Below the pieces are notes generated by a model. The model worked only from the letters and a program-made list of their open reading frames with translations. It had not been told where the DNA came from and made no database searches. Positions 15,180 through 29,090 of a stretch of 64,000 nucleotides of DNA are shown here, one piece after another (position 1 is the first letter of the stretch; the number at the start of each line of letters is the position of its first letter). This DNA comes from the human T2T-CHM13v2.0 reference genome, Homo sapiens. The stretch lies in assembly GCF_009914755.1 (NCBI RefSeq), contig NC_060942.1; one strand, written 5' to 3'. Both the position numbers and the translations under genes were made by a program.

Positions 15180-15870
15180 ACTACTCCCAACTGTTTCCTA
15201 CCTCCTTCATTGCTATCACTGTAGACAGAAACACTACTATCTCTTGCTTAGAATTTTGTAAAGTCTTCTCACGCTCTCCCAGCCTCTACTCTTTTACTCT
15301 ATTCTGTACAAAGCATCCTAATAATGTAAATCAGATTATACAGCTCTTGATCCTCCAAGAGCTACCAATCACATCAAGAATAAAACCAAAATCCTTACTC
15401 TGGGCCATAAGGCCCACATGCTCTGCTTTCTGGCAGTCCCTCAGTACACACTCCCTAATACCTAGTACCATACAAATCTCCTTGCTAAGGTCCTCAAACA
15501 TGTCCAGCATATAAGCTATCTCATTTTTTCGGCCACATATTCTCTCTACCTAGAATCCTTTCTGCCTAGTCAAATGGCTCATTTCACCCCTTCCTTTAGT
15601 CTTTGTTCAAATGCCACCTTCCCCAAATAGTTGTTCTTTATCTCATCACATAACTGAGCGCCCTCATACTATCTAGTTCCTTCCCTGCTTTGTATTTCTT
15701 GCTAGCATTTGTCATCTGACATTATGCATTCACTTGTCTATCTACTTATTAACTTTGTCATCCAATGAAATGTAGGCTCCAGTAGAACAAAACTGTCTTG
15801 GTCACTACTACTCAGGGTTTTGCATATAATAAATATTTATGCAGCCAATAAATATTTTACTGAATTCTAG
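15180..15870 (+). mobile_element. Old L2 3' fragment
   Basis: L2-like motifs (ttcaaatgccaccttcc, aatgtaggctcc, aataaatatttt..tgaat); highly diverged. Confidence 0.55.
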
Positions 15871-16555
15871 GGAGGGGCAACATATATAGAAGACTTAAGG
15901 CGGAAAGAACTAAAAAAGGTTAATTTAGCTTAAACTGTAGACTATAGACTGTGTGGAATAAATGCGAGACAGAGGTCTGGGGAGATAGGCAGTGCCACGA
16001 AGGAACACCTTAAGTCTTGCTCAGGACTTTAGACTTCATCTCTAAAACAAATGGGAACCACTCAAAGGCAAGGAAGTATTATGACCAGCTCTGCAACTCT
16101 GTCGAGTTTTCTAAAGAAATTAAACAATACTAAAGGGCATTAAAATTATACTGAAAATACATTATGGTAACTAAAAGGGAAAGAAATCCAAAGAACCGAG
16201 TCAATGTGTACTATGTGAGATATGGGGACTGAAGGAGAAAGAAGAGTTTAAAGGTAACATAATTTCTTGCATAGGCACCTGGATAGATCGAGTTGCCATT
16301 CACAGAGTATAAAACCTACAGGAGGGACAAGTACGGTGGGAAGCAAGGACATAATGAGTTCTGTATCAGACACAGTGAGTCTGAAATGTTTGAGACGCAC
16401 ACAAGTAAAAATGTCAAAAGGCAATTGGGCACACAGGTTTGGAACAAAAAAAAATCTGGACTGGAGCATAAAACTGTAAGTCATTACGGTGTGGAGAATA
16501 ACCAAATACATGCGATGTACAAAATTACCCAGAGGGCAAGTAAAGAATGGAAACA

Positions 16556-16895
<340 letters not shown>

Positions 16896-17240
16896 TTACA
16901 AGACTGATAGCTTTATAAACACACAAATTTTTACTTCAATACCTTCATTCATTTTTAATGAAGTTCATTCCAATATAGCAGTTGGTTCTGGTCTCTTAAA
17001 GGAAAGCTGTAATTCAAGTACTCCAAAGGCCCACCTTAGCAACAGTTCAAAAAATATTTTTCCTTCAGAGAAGGCATTTAATACATTTATAAATGCCATG
17101 TAGAGGGAAGTCTTTTCAAATAAAAGCATCAAAAAACTATATTCCCTACTTTTTATTTTAATAGTTTAAGGCAAATTTTAGCAAAAGGACATATGGTACA
17201 TTTAAAACAGATTACCTAATACCCAAAACTATGATCATAC

Positions 17241-17370
17241 CTTGAAACATGCTTAAAAGCCTCCACTATAACTGGTGCAAAATCTTTTGTAAACTCTGGC
17301 CCCTTCCTCTTGCTGTTCTGTATGACATCATTGGCTAGGTAGAGAAAAGTAAGCTTCCTGTTTGGTTTGG
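17241..17370 (-). CDS. RPRD1A: RPRD1A coding exon 2 (AKPNRKLTFLYLANDVIQNSKRK...KHVS)
   Basis: Acceptor tttttcag at 17371, donor AAG|GTATGA at 17240; 130 nt. Contains the CID motif LYLANDVIQNS and is in frame with exon 1. Confidence 0.97.
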
Positions 17371-19174
17371 CTGAAAAATAAGAAAAAGTTAAAAATCTAC
17401 TTAAAACATCTTTACTTGGACAAACTTTCTCAATACCTAAATTAAGCATTTTGAGAACTAAAATAACCCTACTAACCTTTATGTATCATTTCAACCCTAG
17501 TCTCTCATTTTACTACCAAACTAACCAGTCACTGCTGCTAAAATCGCCAGAACTAATGTCTATGTAAAAATGCATCTCGGTGACTCTATCCTGTATTAAA
17601 TTTTAGTAAAACCATTACAAACTATATGAAATATAGTCATTTAAAATAAGATGGTGATTGCTCATGTTATTAAGATGGCACCCTAAATCCTACATTGAAT
17701 TTAGGATTGTTTTAATAGACATGTTAATTCGAAATCATTATTAAGCTATTGTGAAACAACAGAAGAGCATGAAATGTAAAACAGGTTGAAAGAGATGTCC
17801 CTTCAATCAATTACTATTTTTTGTTTATGCAATAAATATTTGCCAAGCTAATAGATTAACTGCTAGGGAGAGTAAATGGGAAAAGTTTAGATGTTTCTGT
17901 CTTTAGATTACATGGCCATAAATTTTAAACTGAATTCATTATGACAAAAATATTCCCCTACTCACTATGCTCTGTGGGTGTAGTCATTTCTCTAAGGAAA
18001 TAGACAAGATTTCAACAGTTGTGGGCCACAGTACATTTTTACTGGTTACAATGTTAAATAGCATACTACTACTGAATATGACTCAAATAAGATTATACAT
18101 AAGGAAAACAGTGTTGAACATAATATTTTATACTATTCTTATATTTTACTAGAATTAAATTTGAATCACTCAATGTAGTACAGTTATATTCAGAAGCATC
18201 ATACCTTGTGGCATCCATAGTACAGTGGTGTAGGAAACTTATGGTCAGGACCAATTATGCAGTATCCTATTGATGTGGGCTATCTTATTGGATTTAAGAC
18301 AAAAATCTTGATCAGGCTACATGTGGTCCTCTAGATGTTAAGTATTCAATTTACAAATTTAAGCATTTGACATATTAAAAAGTCACCTCTGAGTTCACAT
18401 CATTCTCGAGGAGCAACCAGAAGCCCAACCTTCTCATATACTAAGTCACAACTGATCAAACTTTACAAACCTGTGCCATGCCACTGTATAACCTGGTTTG
18501 TCTGTTTAAATTGCTGTCTACCACTTTTCATGATTTTGCAAGTTGCTGGCATGGAATAAAAATAAGAAGAGATGGCTATAACAGAGACCAGCTTCTGGTT
18601 TTCAGGCTCCTTGTCTGGTTAGATAAACCACAGTGTACAACTGGTTAAGATATCGGGACCCTATCCTAACATTCAGTCCTGTCTCTTTTGTACCCATCCT
18701 TGCCCTCTCAATCCCACCCACAAAATAGATTGGTATTGTTCAATCCAGATTTTTGCCTTCCCAGTGTCAAATGAGTTTAGAAACTCAAATTTGTATTATC
18801 TAATTGGGAGATTGCCTGCATCACTTTTGAATGGGTACCTGAACAAACAATCCTTTCACTGCACTTTTACTATGTGCTACACACTATTCCAAGCACTTTA
18901 CATACATTATCTCAATCCTAACAATATGTCTCTATTTGGCAGCTGAACAAACAAAGCCAAAAACATTATTTGCCCTCAGGGAAATAATGAGGAAGAGATA
19001 AGCCAGGATTGGAATCCAAAAAGTCCAACAGCCAAGCAAATCCCTCTTAACAACTAGACCATGCTTCCTGTCATAATTAAAAGGGCATGTTAATCTTTGA
19101 GACTCAAAAGTAGCAACTGAAAAGAAGAAAAAGATAAAACAATGCAAAACAAAAAGTAGCAACTGAAATAAAAA

Positions 19175-19620
19175 TATTTTACAATGTTAGCAGCATTATT
19201 CACAATAGCCAAGAGTTAAGAGCAACCTAACCCACTGATCAATGAATAAACAAAATGTGAATTATATATTCAATAAAGTATTATTCAGCCTTATAGAAGA
19301 AGGAAATGTTGACGCATGTTACAACATGGATGAATCTCCAGGACATCATGCCAGGTGAAATAATCGAGTCATGAAAAAAGACAAACCACTGTATGATTCT
19401 ACTTATTGGAGGTACTCAAATTCATAGAAAAAAAGAGTAGAAGGGTAGTTGCCAAAGGCTGTGGGAATGGGAGGAGAATAGGAAATTATTCATGGGTACA
19501 GAGTCTCAGTTTTGCAAAATGAACAGTTCTGGAAACTGGCTACACAACAATGTACTTAACACTACTGGACTGTACACTGAAAAAATGAAGATGGTAAATA
19601 ATATTTATTACCACAAAAAC
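19175..19620 (+). mobile_element. L1M 3' end fragment
   Basis: gcagcattattcacaatagcc...acaacatggatgaatc...gtctcagttttgcaaaatgaa, typical of L1MB 3' UTRs. Confidence 0.8.
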
Positions 19621-20724
19621 AAAAAAAATGTTTTTGTTTTTTTTGTTTGAGACAAGTTCTGTCTCCCAGACTAAAGGCTCACTGCAGCCTCGACCTCCTG
19701 GGCTCTAGCAATCCTCCTGCCTCAGCTTCCAAGTAGCTGGAACCACAGGCACACGCCACCATGCCTGGCTAATTTTTTAAATTTTTTGTAGAGATAAGGT
19801 CTTACTTTGTTGCCCAGGCTGGTCTTGAACTCCTGAGCTCAAGTGACCCTCCCACCTAGGCCTCCCAAAGTGCTGGGATTACTGGTGTGAGCCACTGTGC
19901 CTGGCCCTAGAATGTTTTTTAAATTCATGGGTTATATCAATCTCTCAAAGAATTCAGAATTGCTTTTACAATATACACTAAAATAAAAATTTACAAGATT
20001 TAAAAATATATTTACCAGTGTTTTCCAAAGGACAAATTCCATATGAGGTGATTGAGCATGGGGTCCAAATACCAAGATACTATTTTCACTTTTATCTTTG
20101 TAGGACCAAGCAAAAATATGAAAAATACCCAGCAATCATCACAACTTATGCCCTTCCCTAAATTTTCAGGGAAAGAAATTTACTTCCATTTAAAATTATG
20201 TGTCCCTATACATACAGCAAATAATTAATGGCGGTAATCACAGCAAGCAATCCAAGAAAATCACACAAAAAATTTCCAAATGAATTTTGATATTTTTAAA
20301 AATAACAGAGCCATAAATTGTTATTAAAAGAGAAACAGTTAACAGAAAGGGAAAACAAACCATGTCATAATTCCACAAAGAAATGCCACTGTTGGCAACA
20401 AAGAATGTAAGACTAAGTGACAGGTCTGACTTAGTTAATTCCTATGTTTCTGTTGCTCATGGGGTTCTTTCCAAAAACACCGGTTTTCCAAACCGTCCAT
20501 TCAATTTAAATAGCATTTATTATTTTAATGTTTGCCATGTACCAGGGACCACGCTAAGTACAGACTAAAATTAACGTTTCCTGTTCAATCAGGAGTTTGC
20601 AAGTTCCATACAAATTGGCAGATGATAGGTCACATCACTAAAATGTTACTTTTTTTTTCCTTATTTCTTCTCCCCATGAATATATCACACCAACACAGAA
20701 ACAATCATAAATAACATATACTTG

Positions 20725-22870
20725 TGATACAGTTTGGCTGTGTCCCCACCCAAATCTTGAATTGTGGTTCCCATAATCCCATGTCATAGGAGGAACCAGG
20801 TGGGAGATAACTGATCATGGGGGCAGCTACCTCCATGTTTTTCTCATGTTAGTAAGTGAGTTCTCATGAGATCTGATGGTTTCATAAAGAGCTTTCCCCC
20901 ACTTCACTCTGTACTTCTTCCTGCCACCATGTGAATAAGGACGTGTTTGCTTCCTCTTCTGTCATGATTGTAAGTTTCCTGAGGCCTCCCCAGCCCTGAA
21001 GAACTGTGAGTCAATTAAATCTCTTTCCTTTATAAATTACCCAGTTTCAGGTATTTCTTCGTAACAGCATGAGAACAGACTAATACAGTAAATTGGTACC
21101 AAGTAGTGGGGCACTGCTGTAAAGATACCTGAAAATGTGGAAGCCACTTTGGAACTGGGTAACAGGCAGAGGTTGGAACAGTTTGGAGGGCTCTGAAGAA
21201 AACAGAAAGATGTGGGAAAGTTTGGAACTCCCTAGAGACTTGTTGAATGGCTTTGACCAAAATGCTGATAGTGAAGTAGACAATGAAGTCCAGGCTGAAG
21301 TGGTCTCAGATGGAGATGAGGAACCTGTTGGAAACTGGAATAAAGGTGACTCTCACTATGCTTTAGCAACAAGACGGGCAGCATTTTGCCCCTGCCCTAG
21401 AGATCTGTGGAACTTTGAGGTTAAAAGAGATGATTTAGGGTATCTGGTGGAAGAAATTTCTAGCCAGCAAAGCATTAAAGTGACTTGGGCCCTCTTAAAA
21501 GCATTCAGTTCCAGGCATTCACAAAGATACGGTTTGGAATTGGAACTTATGTTTAAAAGAGAAATGGAACATAAAAGTTCGAAAAATTTGCAGCCTGAGG
21601 ATACAACAGAAAAGAAAACCCATTTTCTGAAGAGAAATTCAGGTGGGCTGCAGAAATTTGCAAGTAACAAGGGGCCAAATGTTCATCCTCAAGACAATGG
21701 GGAAAACGTCTCCAGGGCATGTCAGAGACCTTCATGGCAGCCTCTCCCATCACAGGCCCAGAGGCCGAGGAGGAAAAAATGGTTTCCTGAGCCAGGCCCA
21801 GGGCCTTGTTGCTTTGTGCAATCTCAGGATTTGGTGCCCTACCTCCCAGCTGCTCCAGCTCTAGCCATGGCTAAAAGGGGCCAGGGCACAGCTTGGGCCA
21901 TTGCTTCAGAGGGTGCAAGCCCCAAGCCTTGGCGGCTTCCATGTGATTGTGGGCCTGTGGATGCACAGAAGGCAATACTTAAGGTTTGGGAACCTCCACC
22001 CAGATTTCAGAGGATATATGGAAACACCTGGATGTCCAGGCAAAAGTCTGTTGCAGAGGCAGAGCCCTCATGGAGAATCTCTGCTGGGGCAGTGCGTAGG
22101 GGAAATGTGGGATTGGAGCTCTCACATGGGGTCCCCACGAGGCACTGCCTAGTGGAGTTCAAGAAGAGGGCCACTGTCCTCCAGACCTCAGAATGGTAGA
22201 TCCACAGACAACTTGCATTCGTGCCTGGAAAAGTTACAGGCAGTCAACATCATCCCATGAAGGAGCTGCCCAAGGCAGTGGGAGCCCACCCCTTGCATCA
22301 GTGTGCCCTGGATGTGAGACAGGGAGTCAAAGGTGATTTTGGAGCTTTAAGGTTTAATGGCTGCCCTGCTGGGTTTCGGACTTGCATGGGGCCTATACCC
22401 CCCTTGTTTTGGCCAATTTCTCCCTTCTGGAACAGGAGCATTTACCAAATACCTATGATACCCCCGTTGTATCTTGGAAGTAACTAATTTGTTTTTTATT
22501 TTACAGGCTCATAGGTGGGAGGGACTTGCCTTATCTCAGGTGAGACTTTGGGCTTGGACTTTTGAGTTAATGCTAGAATGAGTTAAGACTCTGGAGGACT
22601 ACTGGGAAAGCATGATTGGTTTTGAAATGTAAGAAGGACATGAGATTTGGGAGGGGCCGGGGTGGAATGATATGGTTTGGCTGTGTCCCCACCCAAATCT
22701 CATGTCAAATTATAATCTCCACATGTCAGGGGAGGGGCCTGGTGGGTGCCATGACTGTAAGTTTCCTGAGGCCTCCCCAGCAATGCAGAACTGTGAGTCA
22801 ATTAAATTTCTTTTCTTCAAAAATTACCCAGTCTCAGTTCTTTATAGCAATGTGAGAGGAGACTAATACA
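20725..22870 (+). mobile_element. THE1-family MaLR element: 5' LTR 20725-21087, internal region 21088-22667, internally deleted 3' LTR 22668-22870
   Basis: Both LTRs start TGATA..GTTTGGCTGTGTCCCCACCCAAATC and end GACTAATACA. The internal region carries the typical MaLR ORF remnant (354 aa, 21135-22199). Confidence 0.92.
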
Positions 22871-23370
22871 ATTACCTAAAAAGTTGAGCACATCCCCCAG
22901 AAGGGGCATGGTAATAAATGTTCAGTTCATCATATAACCAGGAGACAGTTATATAACCTACCACAAACAATTCATCTAAAAGATCAATTAACAAGCTTCA
23001 AAAAGAAATCAGAGTCCAGACTATTAAACAATATGAAACAGACTTACTCAGTGAAAGGATTAAAATGTCATCTCTAGTTCCACTACTTCATAATCAGTTC
23101 ATAGTTTTAGTTGTTCATAATGGTAGAAAGTGGTAGGAGAAATGTTACCTATTTTCTTACATTGTACATACCATATGTATACTCATTTTTATATGCTGCA
23201 AAATATCATAATCTAAATTAATCATCCATGGTTTATGAAGACTGAATTTAAAACTACAGTAGATGGCAATGCTGATAAATACAATAAACAGCTAAAATCC
23301 TGTTATCTATAAACATAAGAACCATCATTCCGAGGGAAACCTTCTACATGGAAAGCAGCAGCAGGAAATT

Positions 23371-23466
23371 GAATAAGGAAACACACACACACGCATGCAC
23401 ACATGCACATATACACACACACAAACAGAAATATATGCACATGTACATATACATACACATACATAT
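23371..23466. repeat. Degenerate (CA/TA)n alternating purine-pyrimidine microsatellite
   Basis: acacacacacacgcatgcacacatgcacatatacacac... Confidence 0.85.
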
Positions 23467-24339
23467 CAATGGGAGGAATGAGCATTACTACAGGTCTTGT
23501 ACAAGAAAATCAGGAGAAAAGTCATTTTGAAACAAAAATCTATTAAAGATTTATTAACAATTACTAGACATCCTCATTTATTTCCCTGGTAAAATGAATG
23601 ACTATAGACTAGAAAAAGATTCTATATATCCTGCTTATATAGTATACACATATTAAATCCTCAAATTTTAAGTGTAATTTAATTATCTTCCTAAAGTTTG
23701 AGTTAGGTGGAACTATAAATGCATTTAACTAAAGGATAATTATAAATGATTAAGATCTCATGCCACTCATACAGTCAACAAATAATTACTTGGTATCTAC
23801 CATTCACAGACACCGCATTAGCTACTAGGAATAAAAGACGACTCAACGGTCAAGTTGATAAAAGTCTACTTAAGCCATATGTGTAAATGTGTTATGAAAC
23901 ATTAGTGAAAAGAATATTCTTGGCAGAAAGAAGCTCCCCTCATGACCTAATGAATGCACTGTACATTATATATGAGGGAATAATGAAGTGTAAAGTTGCA
24001 AAGAAGGGAAGACTTAAACTAAACACCAAGCTAACAAGTGTTTCAGCTTCATTTTATAAACAAAAAGAGAAGTACTGAAGTTTTAATTTGGGAGCAGGGG
24101 TGAATGGGATACCCTGAGGTACGTCATGAAATCTAGAAGTAGGTAACACTGAACACTAAGAATACTGCAATAGGCAAGGAAAGAAGAAAGAATTCAAAAC
24201 TAGAGTTGTGATCACAGGAATTTTGCCTTTCATTTTTCTATGCAGTACCTCCTTACCCACATCTAATCATCCCTAAAAATTTCTAAGCTTTTTAGGCAAG
24301 TGGTACTTACATAGAAGAAAAGTGTTTTTATTCACTTAC

Positions 24340-24398
24340 AGTAAATTCCTGTTTGACAAAATCTCCAATTGGAATTTCTCATTTGTTGCACCTCCACT
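24340..24398 (-). CDS. RPRD1A: Alternative cassette exon in intron 1; ATG at 24382 encodes an alternative N-terminus MRNSNWRFCQTGIY(S) in frame with exon 2
   Basis: Acceptor cttccttttag at 24399, donor ACT|GTAAGT at 24339. The 43 nt from ATG to donor are phase 1, matching exon 2. The peptide resembles an annotated RPRD1A isoform N-terminus as I recall it (not verified). Confidence 0.75.
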
Positions 24399-27367
24399 CT
24401 AAAAGGAAGCAATTAACAAGAAAATATTTACTACACCTTCTAGAATTAAATAGTTCTTTACAGTAATTGTCTTTCAGAATGAACTACAAACACTGCTCAA
24501 TTTCAGGTGGAAAAAAAGAATTCCCCATTAGAGTTTAATGCAGAATACTACTACATTAAGTATTCTTGAAGTTGAGTGAAATTCAAATGAGAATTGAAGA
24601 AAGGTTTTCTGCATAGTCTCAAATATACTAGAACAATTAATCAAAAGGAACCTGTTCCTAACTTTCTGGATAATCTTCAGGTTTTCTCAATTATCACCTA
24701 CACGGGCTCCATTTATAAACATTTTTAAAAATCATAAAAATTTTTCATTAATAATCCCCACGTATCTCTCCTGAAACCAAGGAGTTAATTATGTAGCACT
24801 TCCTCTTAAGTATGGCTTTTAAAAGGCCCTAAACTTATCTTCCATCTTATAGAACCCTTTTCTCCGAATTCTTTGGTATCCTCATGCTATCTTAAGTCCT
24901 ATTGCAGTAATCACTCTCCCCACAGCAGGCCTATCTCCAACTTACTAGATTCTCTCTCAACTAAATCCTGTTTCTTTTAGTTCAGAAAAGCATGGAGATA
25001 GATCTAATTCAGTTCCTTAACCCTAAGATAATTTTATACCTAAGCATTCATTTTTAAAATGTAGTGCAACAAACAAATTAAAAACACACACTTGTGGAAA
25101 TCAGCATTTTCTGAGGCAAAAATGAAAGGTCTGTGCTGTGCAGACTTGTATCCTGAGAGTGTTTTTCTGAACCTGTTTCCAAAACCTATAGATTCTAACA
25201 ACTTCAAGACTTTTCCTTCCGCCTGTGGCATTGTGGGGAAGACGTGTTCCTATGGATGGATAGGTGGTTGTCAGCCAAAAACTGCTTTAAGTTAGTCAAC
25301 ATCTTTGCCACAGAAAGCATATCAAGAGATGATTCTTCAATGGATTCTATCTGTCCCAGACAGGACAAAGAGTTCAGTCAGACACAGCTGGCTGCTTCTC
25401 CACAGCAGAGGTGGGTGAAAAGTGGGTAGAGGTGATGTACTCCTGTACTACTGCCAGGAGGTCTCAGATTTGGCAGCCTATTCCTTGGGAGAGTTCAGGT
25501 TCACATTTCAAATTACACAGTAGGGATGGATCCTGTCAATTCTTGCTTACAAGCCTTTGAAGATTTTCTATTGTTTTCCAAACAGCATTTTAAAATCCTT
25601 AATATGAACCAAAGGCCTTAAACAAAGAGGTCTCCACCATTTACACTACTCTTTTCCAACACTATCCTCCAAGTTCCCCAACTCCTACCATATTTTAGAC
25701 CTCAGTTAAATGGGTTCCTCCAGTTTTCCCTGACCAACGAGCCCACATAGGTTAGGCAGCCCTGAGATGCTTTCATAGCACTCCATACTATTCCTATGGC
25801 ACATCTACCCTAACTATAATTATTTTTATTTCATGTAGTGCTTCACAACTAAACTAAGTTCCATTGAGAGCAATGACTGTCAAATCTACCAGAATCAAAC
25901 CCAACAGCTAGCTCCTAATTTGATCAACATTTACTGAATACATTTTGGCCTAGACCTGTGGCTTTAATTACTTGTTCCAGTAACTTAGTTTCTGATCATT
26001 AACCTCAGCCAGCACAGCAGAGAGGGGAACACATGTAAAATTACACTGCTGTCAGAAACCTCAACAATTTTTAATTCAGATTATGAAAGACAAACTTCCT
26101 TAGCACTCATTCGTACGTTTTTTAAATGTATTGAAGTTCAACTATTTTCATTTTCCTTCCTTCACTCTACAGTTCTTACAAAGCAATAACCTATAGAAAA
26201 ACAGTCAAGACATGTGCACAGGAAGTACAAAGAAACACAAATGTTAAAGAATTAAAACCAACTACCATTTTCAACCTACTAGAGTGACCAAGACTAAAGT
26301 CTGACACCAACTAAAATTGACAAAAGTATGGGTGAGATGACCAAATTTAGATACCTTCAGACACTGGTGGTTAAATCATAAATTAATACAACCTCTCAGA
26401 AAAACGACTTGGCAATATCTATCAGAAAACATAAATGCACATACCTTCTTCACCTTGCAAATTTTACTTCTAAGAATTTATCCTATGGATATGGATATAT
26501 TTCTCATAAATGCACAAAGAAATCATTAAGGATATTCATGACAGCATCGAGAAAGAACTGAATAAACCATGGCACATCCATACAATCTACACAATATTCT
26601 GCAGCTGTTCAAAAATGAAAGCGATTGATGTATTGATATGGAAAAATATCAAAGACATAGTATTAAGTTACACACACACACAAACACAGTAAACAATAAC
26701 TATATCTTTGGGAAAGATCAAGAAGAATCGGGGGGGGGGGAAGAAGGGGAGTTACCAACAAAGAATTAAGTTATAAAAGAGAAACATATAAATTATATAT
26801 TACATGATTAATCTGAGCCTACATGCTGAAAAAGGCTTCAGCATAGTGCTGGCCTGGTACTCCACCAACTGACTTTGTCCTGTAGGTGCATTTATCCATG
26901 GCTTCTCCTGTATCAATGCTTGGTTAAGGAGAACAAAAGAACACCCAGGTCCAGGCAAAGGAACATCTTTTCCATTCTAAAAGGCCAAAGGAAATGCAAA
27001 TTCCTGAGAAATTTTTGTGAAAAAAATAATTTTTAAACCTTCAATTTCAGTATATGCAACAAATGAATTATAAAAGTCCTGAGAAGAATAAACTTCATCC
27101 TGGACCATTAGACCACCATAAAATACACTGTCAACTGGAACAGTTATGGAAGAATATACACCATACCCATTTATTCACATTACACTTCTAGAATGAAATT
27201 GAGACTAAAACTTTTTTGTTTTACAAATAAATTGAAAGAAATAATATTGACTACAATTTTTATGACCTGAGCACTGTTCTAAGTTTATTATGTATCTCAT
27301 TTAACCTTCAAAACAACCCTACAAGGTAAGTTATCCTCATTTTACCAATGAAACAATTATTAAAGTA

Positions 27368-27846
27368 CAGTTGACCCTTCAACAATTGGGGGTAAAGGGG
27401 TCCAACGCCCTGTGCAGTAAAAAACCCATGTATAACTTCTGACTCCCAAAAAACTTAACTACTAACAGACTATCACTGAGCAGAAACTTTACTGATAACA
27501 TAAATAACACATATTTTGTATGTTATATAAACTATATACTGTATTCTGACACTAAAGTAAGCTAGAGAAAAGAAAATGTTAAGAAAATCATAGAAAGAAA
27601 ACATCTATTATTAAGTGGAGGTGTTTTCATCAAAAAGGTTTTCTCTTTGTCATTTTAATGTTGAATAGGCTAAGGAGGAAGAGGGGGAAGAGGAGCGGTT
27701 GGTCTTGCTGTCTCAGGAGTGTCAAAGGCAGAAGGGGTGAAGGAGGTGGAAAGGAAGGCAGACACACTCATGTAACTTTTACTGAAAAAAATTCACATAG
27801 AAGTGGACCTGGGCAGTTCAAACCCATATTGTTCAAAGGGAAACTG
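27368..27846. mobile_element. Tigger2a/MER28-type non-autonomous DNA transposon
   Basis: Terminal inverted repeats CAGTTGACCCTTCAACAA ... TTGTTCAAAGGGAAACTG, flanked by TA on both sides. Confidence 0.85.
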
Positions 27847-28264
27847 TAATTAAATGTAAATTACAGTGAAATCAATCAGCACTCTCAAGCCCCACACTGT
27901 GGTCCCTAAAAAACATTTCATTAATAAAAGCAGATCAAAGCTGGGCACAGAAGCTCACACCTGTAATCCCAGCATTTTGGGAGGCAGAGGCGGGTGGATC
28001 ACCAGAGGACATGAGTTCGAGACCAGCCTGGCCAACATGGTGAAACCCCATCTCTACTAAAAATACAAAAATTAGCCAGGCATGGTGGTGCACACCTGTA
28101 ATCCCAGCTACTCAGGAGGCTGAGGCACAAGAATCACTTGAACCCAGGAGGTGGAGGTTACAGTGAGCCAAGATGACACCACCGCACTCCAGCCTGGACG
28201 ACAGAGCGAGACTCAGTATCAAAAAATATAAAAAATAAAATAAATAAAAGCAGATCAAGTCTCA

Positions 28265-28789
<525 letters not shown>

Positions 28790-28914
28790 TTAAAAAATAG
28801 AGGTCGCAAAAAAAACTAACTCAATTGACAAAGGGAAAAAATTACCCTGCTTTTCCTAATATGTACTGTATTTCAGAATAACCAAAGGCTGATGAAGGAA
28901 AGCTCTTGTAGAAC

Positions 28915-29090
28915 AGGTATTCAAATTCCAGTGTGCCTCGGAATCACCAAGAAAGCTTGTTAAAACAGAGTACTGGTCACTGCTTACATAGTTTCTGTCT
29001 GGGAAAGGACTCATGAATTTGCATTTTCAGTAAGTTCTCAGGTGATACTGATGCTGGCAGCCTGGGAACAATACTTTTGAGAACCACTGT
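28915..29090. mobile_element. MER5A-like hAT DNA transposon
   Basis: gaatcacc..agcttgttaaaacaga...tttgcatttt..taagttctcaggtgat..tgatgctg...ttttgagaaccactg. Confidence 0.75.
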
